Source of the DNA: Candidatus Woesearchaeota archaeon
Lineage (GTDB): Archaea > Nanobdellota > Nanobdellia > Pacearchaeales > GW2011-AR1
DNA length: 64,000 nt
Direction: 5' to 3'
Assembly (NCBI GenBank): GCA_964514585.1
Contig: CAZETU010000003.1
Coordinates: 64,001-128,000, forward strand
Below are positions 48,072 to 58,582 of the stretch, piece after piece. Both the position numbers and the translations under genes were made by a program. The notes beneath the pieces were generated by a model. It was not told the DNA's origin. It was given only the letters and a program-made list of their open reading frames with translations, and made no database searches. How positions within the stretch are numbered: position 1 is the first letter of the stretch; each line of letters starts with the position of its first letter.

Positions 48072-50992
48072 GCTATCAAATCCCTCAACAATTACAATAC
48101 CAAGAAAAAATTATGTTTGGCTTAACCTTCAAACAGTTAGCTTATGCCTTTTTATTTGGACTCTTGAATGTTCTTGTATTTAAGAGAAGTCCGAGTATTT
48201 ACTTTGCGATTCCTTTCATATTTTTCTTTTCATTTCTAGCTGTATTGTTTATGTTTTTTAATTTGGATCAATTAATTAAAAATTATAAGAATTTTTTGTG
48301 GAATCGGGAGATTATTGAAGATACTAAAAAGATGTCAGAATTTTTTGAATTTGAAAAGATTAAAGAGGATACTATTTTGACTAAAGACCAAAAGAAGGTT
48401 GCTGTTTTGAAAGTTTCGCCTATAAATTTTGGAATTAAACCTGATGAAGAAAAAGAATCAATAATTTATGCATTTCAAAAGTTTCTAAATTCTCTAGACT
48501 TCCCGATTCAAATTTTAATGAACACCGAGAGTATAAACATAGATTCTTATGTGAAATCAATTGAAAAAACAAATAACAATGAGGGGTTTAAAGAATTGTT
48601 TGAAAAATATAAAAGTCATCTGAGAAAAACAATCGTTTCAGATAAATTATTGAATAGAGTATTTTATGTGATAATTCCTGAGAAAACAGATATTAAAATT
48701 CAAGTAGATATTTGCATGGATCGACTGAGGACGATGAATATGAAAGTCTATCCTCTTGGGAAAAGGGGTTTGACAAAATTTGTTAATTCAATGCAATTTA
48801 AGTTTATAAAAAATAATCAGGATCATATAGAAACTGATAAGGGGTTTAGTAGAATCATTTATGCTTCAGGCTATCCTCGAAATGTTGAGCTTGGTTTTCT
48901 GGATAAAATTGTTAGTTCTCTTTCGGATTTTAATTTAAGTATACACATTAATCCAAAGCCAATTGATGAAACTATGATTGGATTGAATAAGGAGTTGCAG
49001 AAACAAAAAGCAGATTTGTATGCTATGCAATCTAAAGGAATTTCTAACCCATCACTGGAAATTCAAAACAGGGATACTAGGAATACATTAGAAGAATTAC
49101 AAAAGGGGAAAGAAAAGTTGTTTAACATTAGTCTTTATGTTGTTTGTAAAGCAAACTCTAAGGAGGAGTTAGATTTTTTGACGAAAAAGGTAGAATCTGA
49201 ATTAAATAGTATCATGATTATTCCGCAAACTCCGAATTTTAGAATGTTGTTGGGTTTGAAATCCTGTATGCCTTTTGGAATTGACGAGTTGAAAGAAACA
49301 AGGAATATAACCACAGAGGCTTTGTCTGCTTTCTTCCCCTTTACTTCTCAATTCTTAGATGTTGATGATAATGGTGTTTGGATTGGAAATAACAATAATG
49401 GAATTCCTATAATTAAAGATATTTTCAAGTTGCCTAATCCGAATGGGTTAGTGTTGGCTCAGTCTGGCGGGGGAAAATCTTATTTTTGTAAATTATTGAT
49501 AACGAGGTATTTACTTAATGGGACAAGGGTTATGATTATAGATCCTCAAGGTGAGTACAAAGCCCTCGTGTCGCATTTTAAGGGGCAACGTGTGGAGATT
49601 TCTAAGGATTCCGATACAATCATCAACCCTCTAGATTTAATGGGACACGACTACATAGAGAAACGACTTAGTTTGATTGATTTAATGGGAGTTATGCTTG
49701 GAAAATTGACCGAATCTCAGCGATCATTTATTGATAAAGCGATTTCTGAGTCATATGAAAGATGCGGAATAAATGAAGATTCTAGGACTTGGAAAAACAA
49801 ACCTCCAATTTTGGGTGATGTTTTAGATAATTTGAAGAGATATATGAAAAGTTCTAATCAAATGGATAGCAGTATTTTGGGGAGCTTGATTAATCGGCTT
49901 GAAATGTATGTTTCTGGGGTTTTTAGTTTTATGAATCGGCAAACAAACATTGATTTTGAAGAGGGGCTTGTTTGTTTTGATATTGGAAATATGCCAAGGC
50001 AAGTTAAGCCGACAATTATGTTTTTAGTTTTAGATTATGTTTATATGAAGATGAAGGCAGATCTGTCTAAGAAAATATTATTGATTGATGAAGCGTGGTC
50101 TCTTCTTGGGAGGACTGAGGATGCAAGTTATGTTTTTGAAATTGTTAAGACTTGTAGGAAATTTAATTTAGGCTTGCTTTTGATTAATCAAGAAGTTGAG
50201 GGGTTATTTAATTCTCAGGCAGGAAAATCAGTACTTGCAAATTCTGCGTATACCTTATTAATGAGACAAAAGCCTGCAGTCATTAGAGATATTTGTCACA
50301 CTTTCCATTTGAGTCAAGCAGAAAAACAACATCTTCTAACTTGTGGCATTGGAGAAGGGCTTTTGATTATGGAAGATGACCATACAAAGATTAAAGTCAA
50401 GGCTTCTCCTGAAGAACATAAATTAATTACAACTAATCCCGATGAGGTTACTGAAAGGGAGAGGGCTGAGGAAGAGTCTAAGAGGCTTGAACAAAAACCA
50501 ACTAAAGAAATAAAGATTGATCTCAATGATTGTTTTGGTTGCTTTAGGTTTGACAAACTTACAAAAGAGGAAGTCAAATTTCTTTTGAATAAAAAGTATA
50601 AAGTTTCAATGCAAAAACCTTTTGGAAATTCTAAGAAACAGAAGTTTTTAATTAGACCTAGAAAAAACGAAAGTGATAAACATTTTTTCACAATACATAT
50701 TATCAAGGAATATTTAGAGAGAAAGAAAATTAAAGTTCAAACTTTTGCTACTCGTAAACCCGATTTGGTATTTATGGTCAAGGGGAAGAAGGTTGCTATC
50801 GAAGTTGAGACTGGGAGTATGCTAACTCGAAGAAAAGTCTTTGAAGAAAAGGTTAAGGAGTTGAATAAAAACTATGATAAGTGGTTTTTTGTTGTTACAA
50901 ATAGAAATAAAATTAAAGATTATCAAAAATATGGCAAGACAATTGATTTGAGATACCTAAAAGAGAAAATAGATAGTGCCGTCGGTATATAG
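48068..50992 (+). CDS. virB4: PrgI/VirB3-like + VirB4/TraC ATPase + C-terminal PD-(D/E)XK nuclease-like domain
   Basis: EKIMFGLTFKQL, VSPINF...FLNSLDFPIQ, AQSGGGKS, IIDPQGEY, LIDEAW, RKFNLGL; tail KPDLVFMVKGKKVAIEVETG. Confidence 0.85.
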   Translation: MSYQIPQQLQYQEKIMFGLTFKQLAYAFLFGLLNVLVFKRSPSIYFAIPFIFFFSFLAVLFMFFNLDQLIKNYKNFLWNREIIEDTKKMSEFFEFEKIKEDTILTKDQKKVAVLKVSPINFGIKPDEEKESIIYAFQKFLNSLDFPIQILMNTESINIDSYVKSIEKTNNNEGFKELFEKYKSHLRKTIVSDKLLNRVFYVIIPEKTDIKIQVDICMDRLRTMNMKVYPLGKRGLTKFVNSMQFKFIKNNQDHIETDKGFSRIIYASGYPRNVELGFLDKIVSSLSDFNLSIHINPKPIDETMIGLNKELQKQKADLYAMQSKGISNPSLEIQNRDTRNTLEELQKGKEKLFNISLYVVCKANSKEELDFLTKKVESELNSIMIIPQTPNFRMLLGLKSCMPFGIDELKETRNITTEALSAFFPFTSQFLDVDDNGVWIGNNNNGIPIIKDIFKLPNPNGLVLAQSGGGKSYFCKLLITRYLLNGTRVMIIDPQGEYKALVSHFKGQRVEISKDSDTIINPLDLMGHDYIEKRLSLIDLMGVMLGKLTESQRSFIDKAISESYERCGINEDSRTWKNKPPILGDVLDNLKRYMKSSNQMDSSILGSLINRLEMYVSGVFSFMNRQTNIDFEEGLVCFDIGNMPRQVKPTIMFLVLDYVYMKMKADLSKKILLIDEAWSLLGRTEDASYVFEIVKTCRKFNLGLLLINQEVEGLFNSQAGKSVLANSAYTLLMRQKPAVIRDICHTFHLSQAEKQHLLTCGIGEGLLIMEDDHTKIKVKASPEEHKLITTNPDEVTERERAEEESKRLEQKPTKEIKIDLNDCFGCFRFDKLTKEEVKFLLNKKYKVSMQKPFGNSKKQKFLIRPRKNESDKHFFTIHIIKEYLERKKIKVQTFATRKPDLVFMVKGKKVAIEVETGSMLTRRKVFEEKVKELNKNYDKWFFVVTNRNKIKDYQKYGKTIDLRYLKEKIDSAVGI

Positions 50993-50994
50993 CT

Positions 50995-51037
50995 ACAGTC
51001 ACTTCCGCCCCCTGCCCCTAATATGTCGAGTGACTGT
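50995..51037. terminator. 9-bp inverted repeat ACAGTCACT-N25-AGTGACTGT between convergent virB4 and Lrp genes
   Basis: Seen directly; terminator role inferred. Confidence 0.35.
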
Positions 51038-51044
51038 GGGAATT

Positions 51045-51986
51045 TTAACTAACCATCTCATCAACTTCAATTTTATGATTTTCTAAAACCGCTTTTCCAA
51101 GAGTTTGTTCAATAGTCTCATTAATTTCTTTTAACTCTTCTCGATCTTTAACCAAAAAAGCATAATAGAAATTTACATAACCTACAGCCTTTATCATAAT
51201 AATAAATCTCGGGTCTTTTTCTATCATTTTCATAAAATTCTCTAACTCTTTTGTGCAAGAAGGATCAATTCTTGAAATATAAGTATACTCTGTGTAGCCT
51301 ACTTTTTTCATATCTATAATGGGATAGAATCTTAAAATAATTTCTCTTTTCTTTAGAGAATTTATTCGTCTCATAACAGAACTTACACTAGAGTTAAGTT
51401 TTTTAGATAATTCAACAATAGATAATCTTGAGTTTTTCTTTAGAAGAGTTATTAGTTTTAATTCTTCGGGCTTTAGCTTTACGTCTTCAGGAGTTCCTTT
51501 GATATCAACCCTTGATTTCTTTTTCGGATTTAATCGTCTAGCTAAATATGTTTGAGATTTAACACTTTGGAAAGAAAGATAATTTTTTATTTTATCTTTA
51601 AACTTGATTAAGATTTTAGTTTGTATCTCGTCATATCTTTCAATAGTCTTTGTCCAAACTGAAACATATAACTTCCACTCGCTAACATCATGTAACATAT
51701 AACAACAACTAACTTCTTCGATACTAGTAATCTCCTTTAGGTATTTGTCAACATCTTTGGCAGATACTCCATGAATATCTAAATAGATTGAATGACGACT
51801 AAATCCAAACTTTGGATAATTTACATTTAATGCATATTTTTTGATAACTCCAGATTTTTCTAATTTCTTAATTCTCTTGTCAACAGTTTGTTGAGGAAGC
51901 CTAACCGACTTAGCAATTTTAGAAACAGATTGCCTACAATCTTGTAGCAACTCAAATAAAATCAATTTATCCTTTTCGTCAACCAT
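51045..51986 (-). CDS. Tandem (double) Lrp/AsnC family regulator
   Basis: Two HTH-RAM units: DCRQSVSKIAKSVRL and NSRLSIVELSKKLN. Confidence 0.88.
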   Translation of the reverse strand: MVDEKDKLILFELLQDCRQSVSKIAKSVRLPQQTVDKRIKKLEKSGVIKKYALNVNYPKFGFSRHSIYLDIHGVSAKDVDKYLKEITSIEEVSCCYMLHDVSEWKLYVSVWTKTIERYDEIQTKILIKFKDKIKNYLSFQSVKSQTYLARRLNPKKKSRVDIKGTPEDVKLKPEELKLITLLKKNSRLSIVELSKKLNSSVSSVMRRINSLKKREIILRFYPIIDMKKVGYTEYTYISRIDPSCTKELENFMKMIEKDPRFIIMIKAVGYVNFYYAFLVKDREELKEINETIEQTLGKAVLENHKIEVDEMVS

Positions 51987-52092
51987 CTTATGATTAAGAG
52001 TAATCTTTGCACTTATTAAATGTTTTTGATAGTTATTACTCCATTTTTTCTAAAAGGGTTTTAATAAAGAAATTCTTTAGTATATCTAGAAG

Positions 52093-52386
52093 GTGATAGG
52101 AAAACAAATGACCCTATCAAAAGAAAATCAAAAAATCCTCAAGCCAACAGAAGATCCGATGGAAATGGAAGGCAAGATGTCTTATACAGAAAGTCAGCGA
52201 GCTTGGGGGACTCTTCGTTTGAAGAGTGAAATTTTTAATGAGTTTAAGCAATTAAAAAGGCGACAGGATAAATTTGGATATAAGTTAATGTTTTGTAGGG
52301 GATTTGATCAGTTAGAAAAAGAGATTAAGAGAATTAAGAAAGATATTGGGGTTCCTCCGTTGTTGGTTTGGTTTGTTAAGGAATAG
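52093..52386 (+). CDS. Small hypothetical protein divergent from Lrp
   Basis: 97-aa ORF with plausible composition; no recognisable motif. Confidence 0.5.
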   Translation: MIGKQMTLSKENQKILKPTEDPMEMEGKMSYTESQRAWGTLRLKSEIFNEFKQLKRRQDKFGYKLMFCRGFDQLEKEIKRIKKDIGVPPLLVWFVKE

Positions 52387-52466
52387 TGATTAGGCAAGTT
52401 TTATAAAATAATAGAATTACAAATCAAAGTCTAAATGTTTTTAAGTTAGGAATTCTTACTCATTCC

Positions 52467-55025
52467 ATGAAACTAGATAGCTTTCTAAGTAAGTATGGAA
52501 AAAAGATGGGCTATTTAGAAATGGCGTTCTTTAAAAATATATATTATGAGGACTTGGGAGATGCTGGCCTGGAATTTATTACACCTGAAGTTGATATTGA
52601 TAGGAATGACGGAACTGGTAGGAAGTGGAGAATAGACTTTGTTATTAAAACAAAGTTTGCCAAATACGCCATTGAATGTGATGGATTTAACTATCATGCC
52701 TCGGGAATGGTTTCTAAAGACAGAGATAATGATTTACACAATAAAAGGAATGAAACTATTAGGCAGGGATATATCTACACAGAGATTACAAGAGACCAGA
52801 TTGTCCAAAATCCTTCAGATGCAATTTATCAGCTTAGAAGACTTTTTATTGCAGATGAAGAGCTATTCTCAATATTTCTTAATAGGAATAAAGGGCTAGT
52901 GTCGCCACATGAGGTTCAAGAAATTGCTTTGAATAAATTAAATGAAACTCGTTCGGCAGGAAAAAAGAAGGGTTTAGTTGTTTTGGCTACAGGTTTGGGT
53001 AAGACCTACCTTGGAGTATTTGATACTCGACAACTTAAATCAAAAAAAATACTTTTTATTGTTCATGTTGGGGAGGTTTTAAAGGATGCAAGAAATTCGT
53101 TTGAAGAGGTAATGCCAGAAAGATCAAAGGAAATGGGATTTTTTACAGGCAAAGAAAAAGAATCTGGGAAAAATATAATCTTTGCCACGATTCAGACACT
53201 TAATCGAGAAAAAAATTTAAATCAATTTGACTCGGAGCAGTTTGACTATATTATTTTAGATGAAACTCACCATGGTGCAGCCCCTTCTTACAAACCTGTT
53301 TTCGAATATTTTAATCCTAAGTTCTTTTTGGGATTAACTGCGACTCCGGACAGAATGGATAATAAAGAAATTTTACCTTTTTACAATAATAATCTTGTAT
53401 TCAAGATGGATCAGGATGAGGCAATTAAAAAAGGTTATTTAACTGGATTGAAATATCTTGGATTCAAAGACAATGTGGATTATTCTCAGATTTATTTTAA
53501 TGGATTTAAATATGATATTTCAGATTTAAACAAAGCTTTAATGATTGAAAAAAGAGATAGGGCCATAATAGAAAAATTCAAAGAGATGGGTGCTAATAAA
53601 AAAACAATAGGTTTCTGTGTTTCAATTGAGCATGCCGATTGGTGTGCAAAGAAATTTAGAGAGGTAGGTATTAATGCAATCTCGATACATTCTAAGCTTG
53701 ACAGAAGTGAGCAGCCTATAGAAATGAGAGATCGTGATAAACTCATAAAAGGATTTAAAGAAGGGAAATATCAAGTTGCCTTTGTCGTAGATATGTTTAA
53801 TGAAGGAGTAAATTTCCCTGACGTAGAATGTGTTTTACTGCTTAGACCTACAGAATCTGCGACAATTTTAACACAACAGATTGGGAGAGGATTAAGAATT
53901 TCTCCGGGCAAGAAGGAAGTTTTAATATTAGATTTTATAGGAAATTATAAAACAGCTCATAATATCTTGCCCGCATTGGGCATTGGAGGGACGGGGGAAT
54001 TAACCAAGGATAATGAAAGAGATATATATTACTATGATAACAATGGGAGGAGGGTAGAATTTGAAAATGAAGTAGTAGAAATTTTCAAAATGATGCTAAG
54101 CAAATCGACTAAAAAAGTTAGATCTGAGGTATTAAGTAAAGAGTGGATGGAGTATGCAGATTACTTGGAAAAGTGGACGAAGGATAATCTTTACTGGAAA
54201 ACAACTCAGCAAAATAGACATTTCCCAGTTCAGCTAGAGGGGCTCAATATTATCAAAAACAACCCTAGTATTTCTGAAGAGGATTTTAAAAACGAAGTTG
54301 GGAAAATCGTTGAAAAAAATTATCCCAACAAAACAATGACTGCAGGTTTTAGAGCATTAATGCTAAGCAAAATATCTGGGTTAGTTAGCTTGCGATCTCC
54401 TTTAAAGGTAACCCCCGCCTTCCTTAAAATAAAAAAGATATGTAAGGGGAATTTTTCAAACATTGAAGAATATCAAGAAATTTTAACAAGTCAAATTGAG
54501 AAAATATTTTATTGGAATATTATTTATGGTACCTTCAGTAAATATGTTCCTTCCGATGAAAGAGTATCGTACAAAGACTTTCATCTTTATCCCTTCTTTT
54601 TTCTCTATGAGGTATTGCTAAAGCTTATTGATGACTATGGGTACAAAGATGGAGAGTTAAGTAAATTGGAATTTAATTCCTTCTTGGCAATATCCAAGAA
54701 TCAGGAAGAAGTAAATGAAACTTTAGAAAAAATCATCAATTTTAGAAATTATGAAGAGAAATACGAACTTGAAAAACTTTTAAATAAAAAAAATAACATT
54801 GATCCAAGATTTTTCAATATCCTCGCCTATAATAAGTATCTGATCATGACAAGGGATGGAGTAAAGTTAAACCAAAAACATATTCCTGAATTGAGAAAAA
54901 GAGTTTCAAAATTTCTTTCTCTTATGAATTCAAAAAAATTAATTATGTTTAATGAGGAGTTACCCGAAAAATATTTGAAAATGTTATATTCTGAAAAGGA
55001 CATCCTTTCTTATCATGGAAATTAA
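52467..55025 (+). CDS. N-terminal Vsr/DUF559-like nuclease + SF2 (ResIII-type) helicase + C-terminal putative DNA-recognition domain
   Basis: RIDFVI...YAIECDGFNYH; LATGLGKT, DETHH, LGLTATPDRMD, VDMFNEGVNFP, QQIGRGLR; tail YPFFFLYEVLLKL...LSKLEF. Confidence 0.8.
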   Translation: MKLDSFLSKYGKKMGYLEMAFFKNIYYEDLGDAGLEFITPEVDIDRNDGTGRKWRIDFVIKTKFAKYAIECDGFNYHASGMVSKDRDNDLHNKRNETIRQGYIYTEITRDQIVQNPSDAIYQLRRLFIADEELFSIFLNRNKGLVSPHEVQEIALNKLNETRSAGKKKGLVVLATGLGKTYLGVFDTRQLKSKKILFIVHVGEVLKDARNSFEEVMPERSKEMGFFTGKEKESGKNIIFATIQTLNREKNLNQFDSEQFDYIILDETHHGAAPSYKPVFEYFNPKFFLGLTATPDRMDNKEILPFYNNNLVFKMDQDEAIKKGYLTGLKYLGFKDNVDYSQIYFNGFKYDISDLNKALMIEKRDRAIIEKFKEMGANKKTIGFCVSIEHADWCAKKFREVGINAISIHSKLDRSEQPIEMRDRDKLIKGFKEGKYQVAFVVDMFNEGVNFPDVECVLLLRPTESATILTQQIGRGLRISPGKKEVLILDFIGNYKTAHNILPALGIGGTGELTKDNERDIYYYDNNGRRVEFENEVVEIFKMMLSKSTKKVRSEVLSKEWMEYADYLEKWTKDNLYWKTTQQNRHFPVQLEGLNIIKNNPSISEEDFKNEVGKIVEKNYPNKTMTAGFRALMLSKISGLVSLRSPLKVTPAFLKIKKICKGNFSNIEEYQEILTSQIEKIFYWNIIYGTFSKYVPSDERVSYKDFHLYPFFFLYEVLLKLIDDYGYKDGELSKLEFNSFLAISKNQEEVNETLEKIINFRNYEEKYELEKLLNKKNNIDPRFFNILAYNKYLIMTRDGVKLNQKHIPELRKRVSKFLSLMNSKKLIMFNEELPEKYLKMLYSEKDILSYHGN

Positions 55026-55536
55026 AATAAAACTAGAAGATTCAGAAATTAAAAAATGTAGGGAGTTTGCAGAAAAAGTATTAGACGAAACATATAACCG
55101 ATTTAATAAATCTGACAAGGAAAGAGTAGACAGAATTTTTTACGGGAAGGTTGGAGAGGTTGTATTTTTAAAGTTTCTAAATTCCAATAATATCTTTCCA
55201 GATGTTTCAGATATGTTTCAAATATTCGAAGGAGAAACAAATGTTGATAAATTTGACTTCAAAACTAAAGGGGATAAAACAATTGACATTAAAACTGCAT
55301 ATAAGCCCTATCATAAAAGAATTCTTGTTCCTGAAGATCAATTTGAGGGGAATAAAAACAAGGATTATTATATTGGGATTATGATTGATGATTCATTAAA
55401 ATATGGAGAAATTCTAGGATTTTGCACTTGTGAAGATTTGAAAAAGAATGGCAAAATTAATTTTGGAGAGGGATTTGCATATTGGAAGTATTTATCTGAT
55501 TTAGAACCTATAGAAAATTTATTAAAATTATTCTAG
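55015..55536 (+). CDS. Putative PD-(D/E)XK endonuclease
   Basis: GKVGEVVF...DKFDF...IDIKT; overlaps the helicase stop. Confidence 0.5.
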   Translation: MEIKIKLEDSEIKKCREFAEKVLDETYNRFNKSDKERVDRIFYGKVGEVVFLKFLNSNNIFPDVSDMFQIFEGETNVDKFDFKTKGDKTIDIKTAYKPYHKRILVPEDQFEGNKNKDYYIGIMIDDSLKYGEILGFCTCEDLKKNGKINFGEGFAYWKYLSDLEPIENLLKLF

Positions 55537-56643
55537 CCGAATTGATTTTTTGGCATTCTTTATAACCTCTGCCATAAAAAAGGCTAATTTCGGGGGAACG
55601 GCATTTCCTATTTGCCTATATATAGAACTCTTTGTACCTACAAATTTAAAATTATCTGGAAAACTTTGAATTCTAGCCCCTTCCCTTGGAGAGAGAGTTC
55701 TATTTTCAACTGGATGTATAAATCTTCCTCCAGAAGGAGTATCAAAACGAGTCGTGATTGTTGGAGCAATTCCATTTTTTTCAAGTCGACCGTATGACCC
55801 GCTATGAATTGATTTGATATTTTCATCTAATTTAGTATAATTTTCCCCGGGGGATATCTTTTTTATTCTGTCCACTATTTGCTTATCATGAGTGGGTTTA
55901 TTGTGATTTGATGTTTTTTTTGTTGGGGATTCCAAAAATTCTTGATACTGATTATTCGGAATAAGCCCCTTAATATCTCCGATCAAATCTGCATTTTCCA
56001 AGTTAGATATAGCATCCCATACAGTTGTTTTATCAAAAAAATGAGGGTACATTTTTAGTATATCTGATTTGGTTTGCTCAATAATTTTTTCGAAATCAAC
56101 AGCATTGTTCAAAGATCCCATAATAAAAACCCTTTCTCTCCCCTGAGGAATGCCAAAATCAGATGCCTTGAAAACACGATAGTAAGTATAATACTTATCT
56201 CCCCCTAACTTATCCTTATCTTGAAACAATTCTAAAATAGTATTTAAGATCCTTCCTTTATCCATAGTCAATATCCCTTTAACATTTTCAAAAAGAAAAA
56301 AGGATGGCTTGAGTTGTCTCACTATTTCATAATATTCCTTAAAAAGATTATTCCTTGGATCTTCGATGAATCCCTGCCTTATTCTAGCCCCTGCCATAGA
56401 AAACCCCTGACAAGGAGGCCCTCCAATAATAATATCTGCGGGATAATTTTTTAAATTTTTATCCTCAGCTATTTTTTTTATATCTTCTACATAAAGTTTG
56501 ACCCCTGGATGATTTACTCTATAAGTCTCTGCGATTTGCTTATCATATTCAACAGCAGCAGAAATATTAAAGCCCGCCTTGGAAAACCCAACAGACAATC
56601 CTCCAACTCCTGCAAATAAATCAACCACATTAAGAGACTTCAT
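55528..56643 (-). CDS. dcm: DNA cytosine-5 methyltransferase
   Basis: DLFAGVGG, GGPPCQGFS, FENVKG, QGRERVF, YRQIGNAVPP. Confidence 0.95.
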   Translation of the reverse strand: MKSLNVVDLFAGVGGLSVGFSKAGFNISAAVEYDKQIAETYRVNHPGVKLYVEDIKKIAEDKNLKNYPADIIIGGPPCQGFSMAGARIRQGFIEDPRNNLFKEYYEIVRQLKPSFFLFENVKGILTMDKGRILNTILELFQDKDKLGGDKYYTYYRVFKASDFGIPQGRERVFIMGSLNNAVDFEKIIEQTKSDILKMYPHFFDKTTVWDAISNLENADLIGDIKGLIPNNQYQEFLESPTKKTSNHNKPTHDKQIVDRIKKISPGENYTKLDENIKSIHSGSYGRLEKNGIAPTITTRFDTPSGGRFIHPVENRTLSPREGARIQSFPDNFKFVGTKSSIYRQIGNAVPPKLAFFMAEVIKNAKKSIRLE

Positions 56644-58427
56644 TTTAGATCCTCCTGTCCAGTTCGGTATCTTTCTTTATATTTTTTTATAAAGTTTATT
56701 TCGTTCGGTGTTAGTAAATATATCTTTCCAAGCTCCTCATCGATTTCATCAATAACATCTTTGCATTTCTTATGCTTATATTCATACATTGTTTGTTTGC
56801 TATCTATCTTTTCTTTTGTGTCTTCCAATTTTTTATCCAATTTTCTTGATAATTGGACTAGTTTATCTATAGACTTCCCCCCTATTTTAGGTACGGTAAA
56901 ATTAAACAGTTCTTTTTTAGTAATGTGCCAACAGTCAGAAACCTTTATCCAAAACCACCAATACAAACTTGAATTAAAAATTGCATTCGCAATATGTAAA
57001 TTATCCATAGTTAGTTTCATAGGAGTATATTCATTCAGTTTGTCTGGCTTAGTTAAAAAAGATTTAATCCAGAAAGCAGCCCTCTTATTAAGGTATAGTG
57101 TCTCTGAACCCTCTTCAAGGGTTAATAAGTTTTTTTCATAGGAATTTATTTTTGAAAAAATACTTAATTCCTTTACGTCTCCTAGTTTTGGATAAAATTC
57201 TGGAAAATTTGGATTGTTTAGAATAAATTCATTTTCAAGAAATAGCTCCTTTCTTTCATTTTTATACCAATACTTATAATCTGAAGTAAATATTTTATGC
57301 CCTTCACCCTGCCCCTTCTTTAAAAAAAGAATATTTAATTTTTGATGCACTCCGGAAAATAAACAATCTGGACGATCATTATAGCTTAGGACAAATTGGT
57401 ATTTTGATTGACTTTCAACAAATTTTCTTAAACTTCCCATCCTTGCAGTTGATATATAAGATATCGGAATTATAAAGCCTAATACTCCGTGGGGTTTTAA
57501 TATATTTAAGCTATTGTGAATTGTATCTGCATAGGTATTACCGTATTTCATAATGTGACTGTCTTCTGTTTTTGTCTTTTCAACATAGGGCGGATTTCCT
57601 ATTATTAGATCGAAAGATAAGTCGAAATTGCAATTAGAGATAAAATTTTTACTTGTAAAATTTTTATCTAATGTTCCCAAAATATTTTTAATATTGGAAG
57701 TTTTGCAAAAATATAAGCATTTAAATATAATTCTTATTTTTGAAATATAGGTTGAGTAGGGATCTAAATCATTTCCATGAAGGCTATCGATAATATCATC
57801 AATATTTCCAGAAGAAATTTTCCCGTTTATTTCATTGATTATATTCAATTTGATAGTTAGAACTTGTACCAAAAAGGCCCCAGTTCCGCAAGTTGGATCT
57901 AAAATTGAACTTTTCTGAATAAGATTAATTATCTCCTTTTGATTATTCTTTGAAAGACTAATAATTTTATGAATAATTTTATCTGGATGCTCCGGTTTAA
58001 ATTTTAATTTAAACTTATTAGTAATTAATTGAAAAATAGAATTATAAATTATAAAATCGGATATATCTTCAGGAGTATAATAAACTCCTTTTTCTCTTCG
58101 CTCTTGACCCTTCTCATTTATTTTCCCTAATTCAAATTGAAAATTAGACTCATCGAGATTATGGGAGGCTAGTAATAATATTAAATTTTGATAATAATTA
58201 AAATATTCTTTCTCTGGCTTGTTCTCTCCTAGTAGCAAAAGAAGGTCTCTAGGTGTTTTATGGATATTATCCATTAGGATTTTAACTTTAATTTGGTTGG
58301 TAGAATTATCCTCCTTAGAAAACAAGGATGTCAAAATATCAGAATGATTTAGATTAAAAAATTTCATAAGTTTCTTATCCTCATATTTCAATAGAGATTC
58401 TTTCTCCTTAATTTTTAGATTCTGCAT
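56640..58427 (-). CDS. N6-adenine DNA methyltransferase (gamma class, Eco57I-like)
   Basis: GVYYTP, LDPTCGTGAFL, IIGNPPYV. Confidence 0.92.
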   Translation of the reverse strand: MQNLKIKEKESLLKYEDKKLMKFFNLNHSDILTSLFSKEDNSTNQIKVKILMDNIHKTPRDLLLLLGENKPEKEYFNYYQNLILLLASHNLDESNFQFELGKINEKGQERREKGVYYTPEDISDFIIYNSIFQLITNKFKLKFKPEHPDKIIHKIISLSKNNQKEIINLIQKSSILDPTCGTGAFLVQVLTIKLNIINEINGKISSGNIDDIIDSLHGNDLDPYSTYISKIRIIFKCLYFCKTSNIKNILGTLDKNFTSKNFISNCNFDLSFDLIIGNPPYVEKTKTEDSHIMKYGNTYADTIHNSLNILKPHGVLGFIIPISYISTARMGSLRKFVESQSKYQFVLSYNDRPDCLFSGVHQKLNILFLKKGQGEGHKIFTSDYKYWYKNERKELFLENEFILNNPNFPEFYPKLGDVKELSIFSKINSYEKNLLTLEEGSETLYLNKRAAFWIKSFLTKPDKLNEYTPMKLTMDNLHIANAIFNSSLYWWFWIKVSDCWHITKKELFNFTVPKIGGKSIDKLVQLSRKLDKKLEDTKEKIDSKQTMYEYKHKKCKDVIDEIDEELGKIYLLTPNEINFIKKYKERYRTGQEDLK

Positions 58428-58566
58428 TTTTATTTTCTCCTTTTAATTCAGATTTCATAAAATTATCTACTTTTCTTGAAAGAATTATTGCATTTTTCTC
58501 ACAATATTCTTTGTATTCATCATAGATTTCCTCATCAAGGCTCAATGCAACAGTTTTTCTACCCAT
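58408..58566 (-). CDS. 52-aa ribbon-helix-helix (CopG/Arc-like) regulator heading the MTase operon
   Basis: MGRKTVALSLDEEIYDEYKEYCEKNAIILSRKVDNFMKSEL...; manual translation, missed by the ORF track. Confidence 0.7.
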   Translation of the reverse strand: MGRKTVALSLDEEIYDEYKEYCEKNAIILSRKVDNFMKSELKGENKNAESKN

Positions 58567-58582
58567 ATGGATTCATATGGGT
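58561..58582. promoter_or_regulatory. Palindrome ACCCATATG-GATT-CATATGGGT overlapping the RHH start codon
   Basis: Perfect 9-bp inverted repeat, just downstream of a TATA-like element on the minus strand. Confidence 0.6.
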
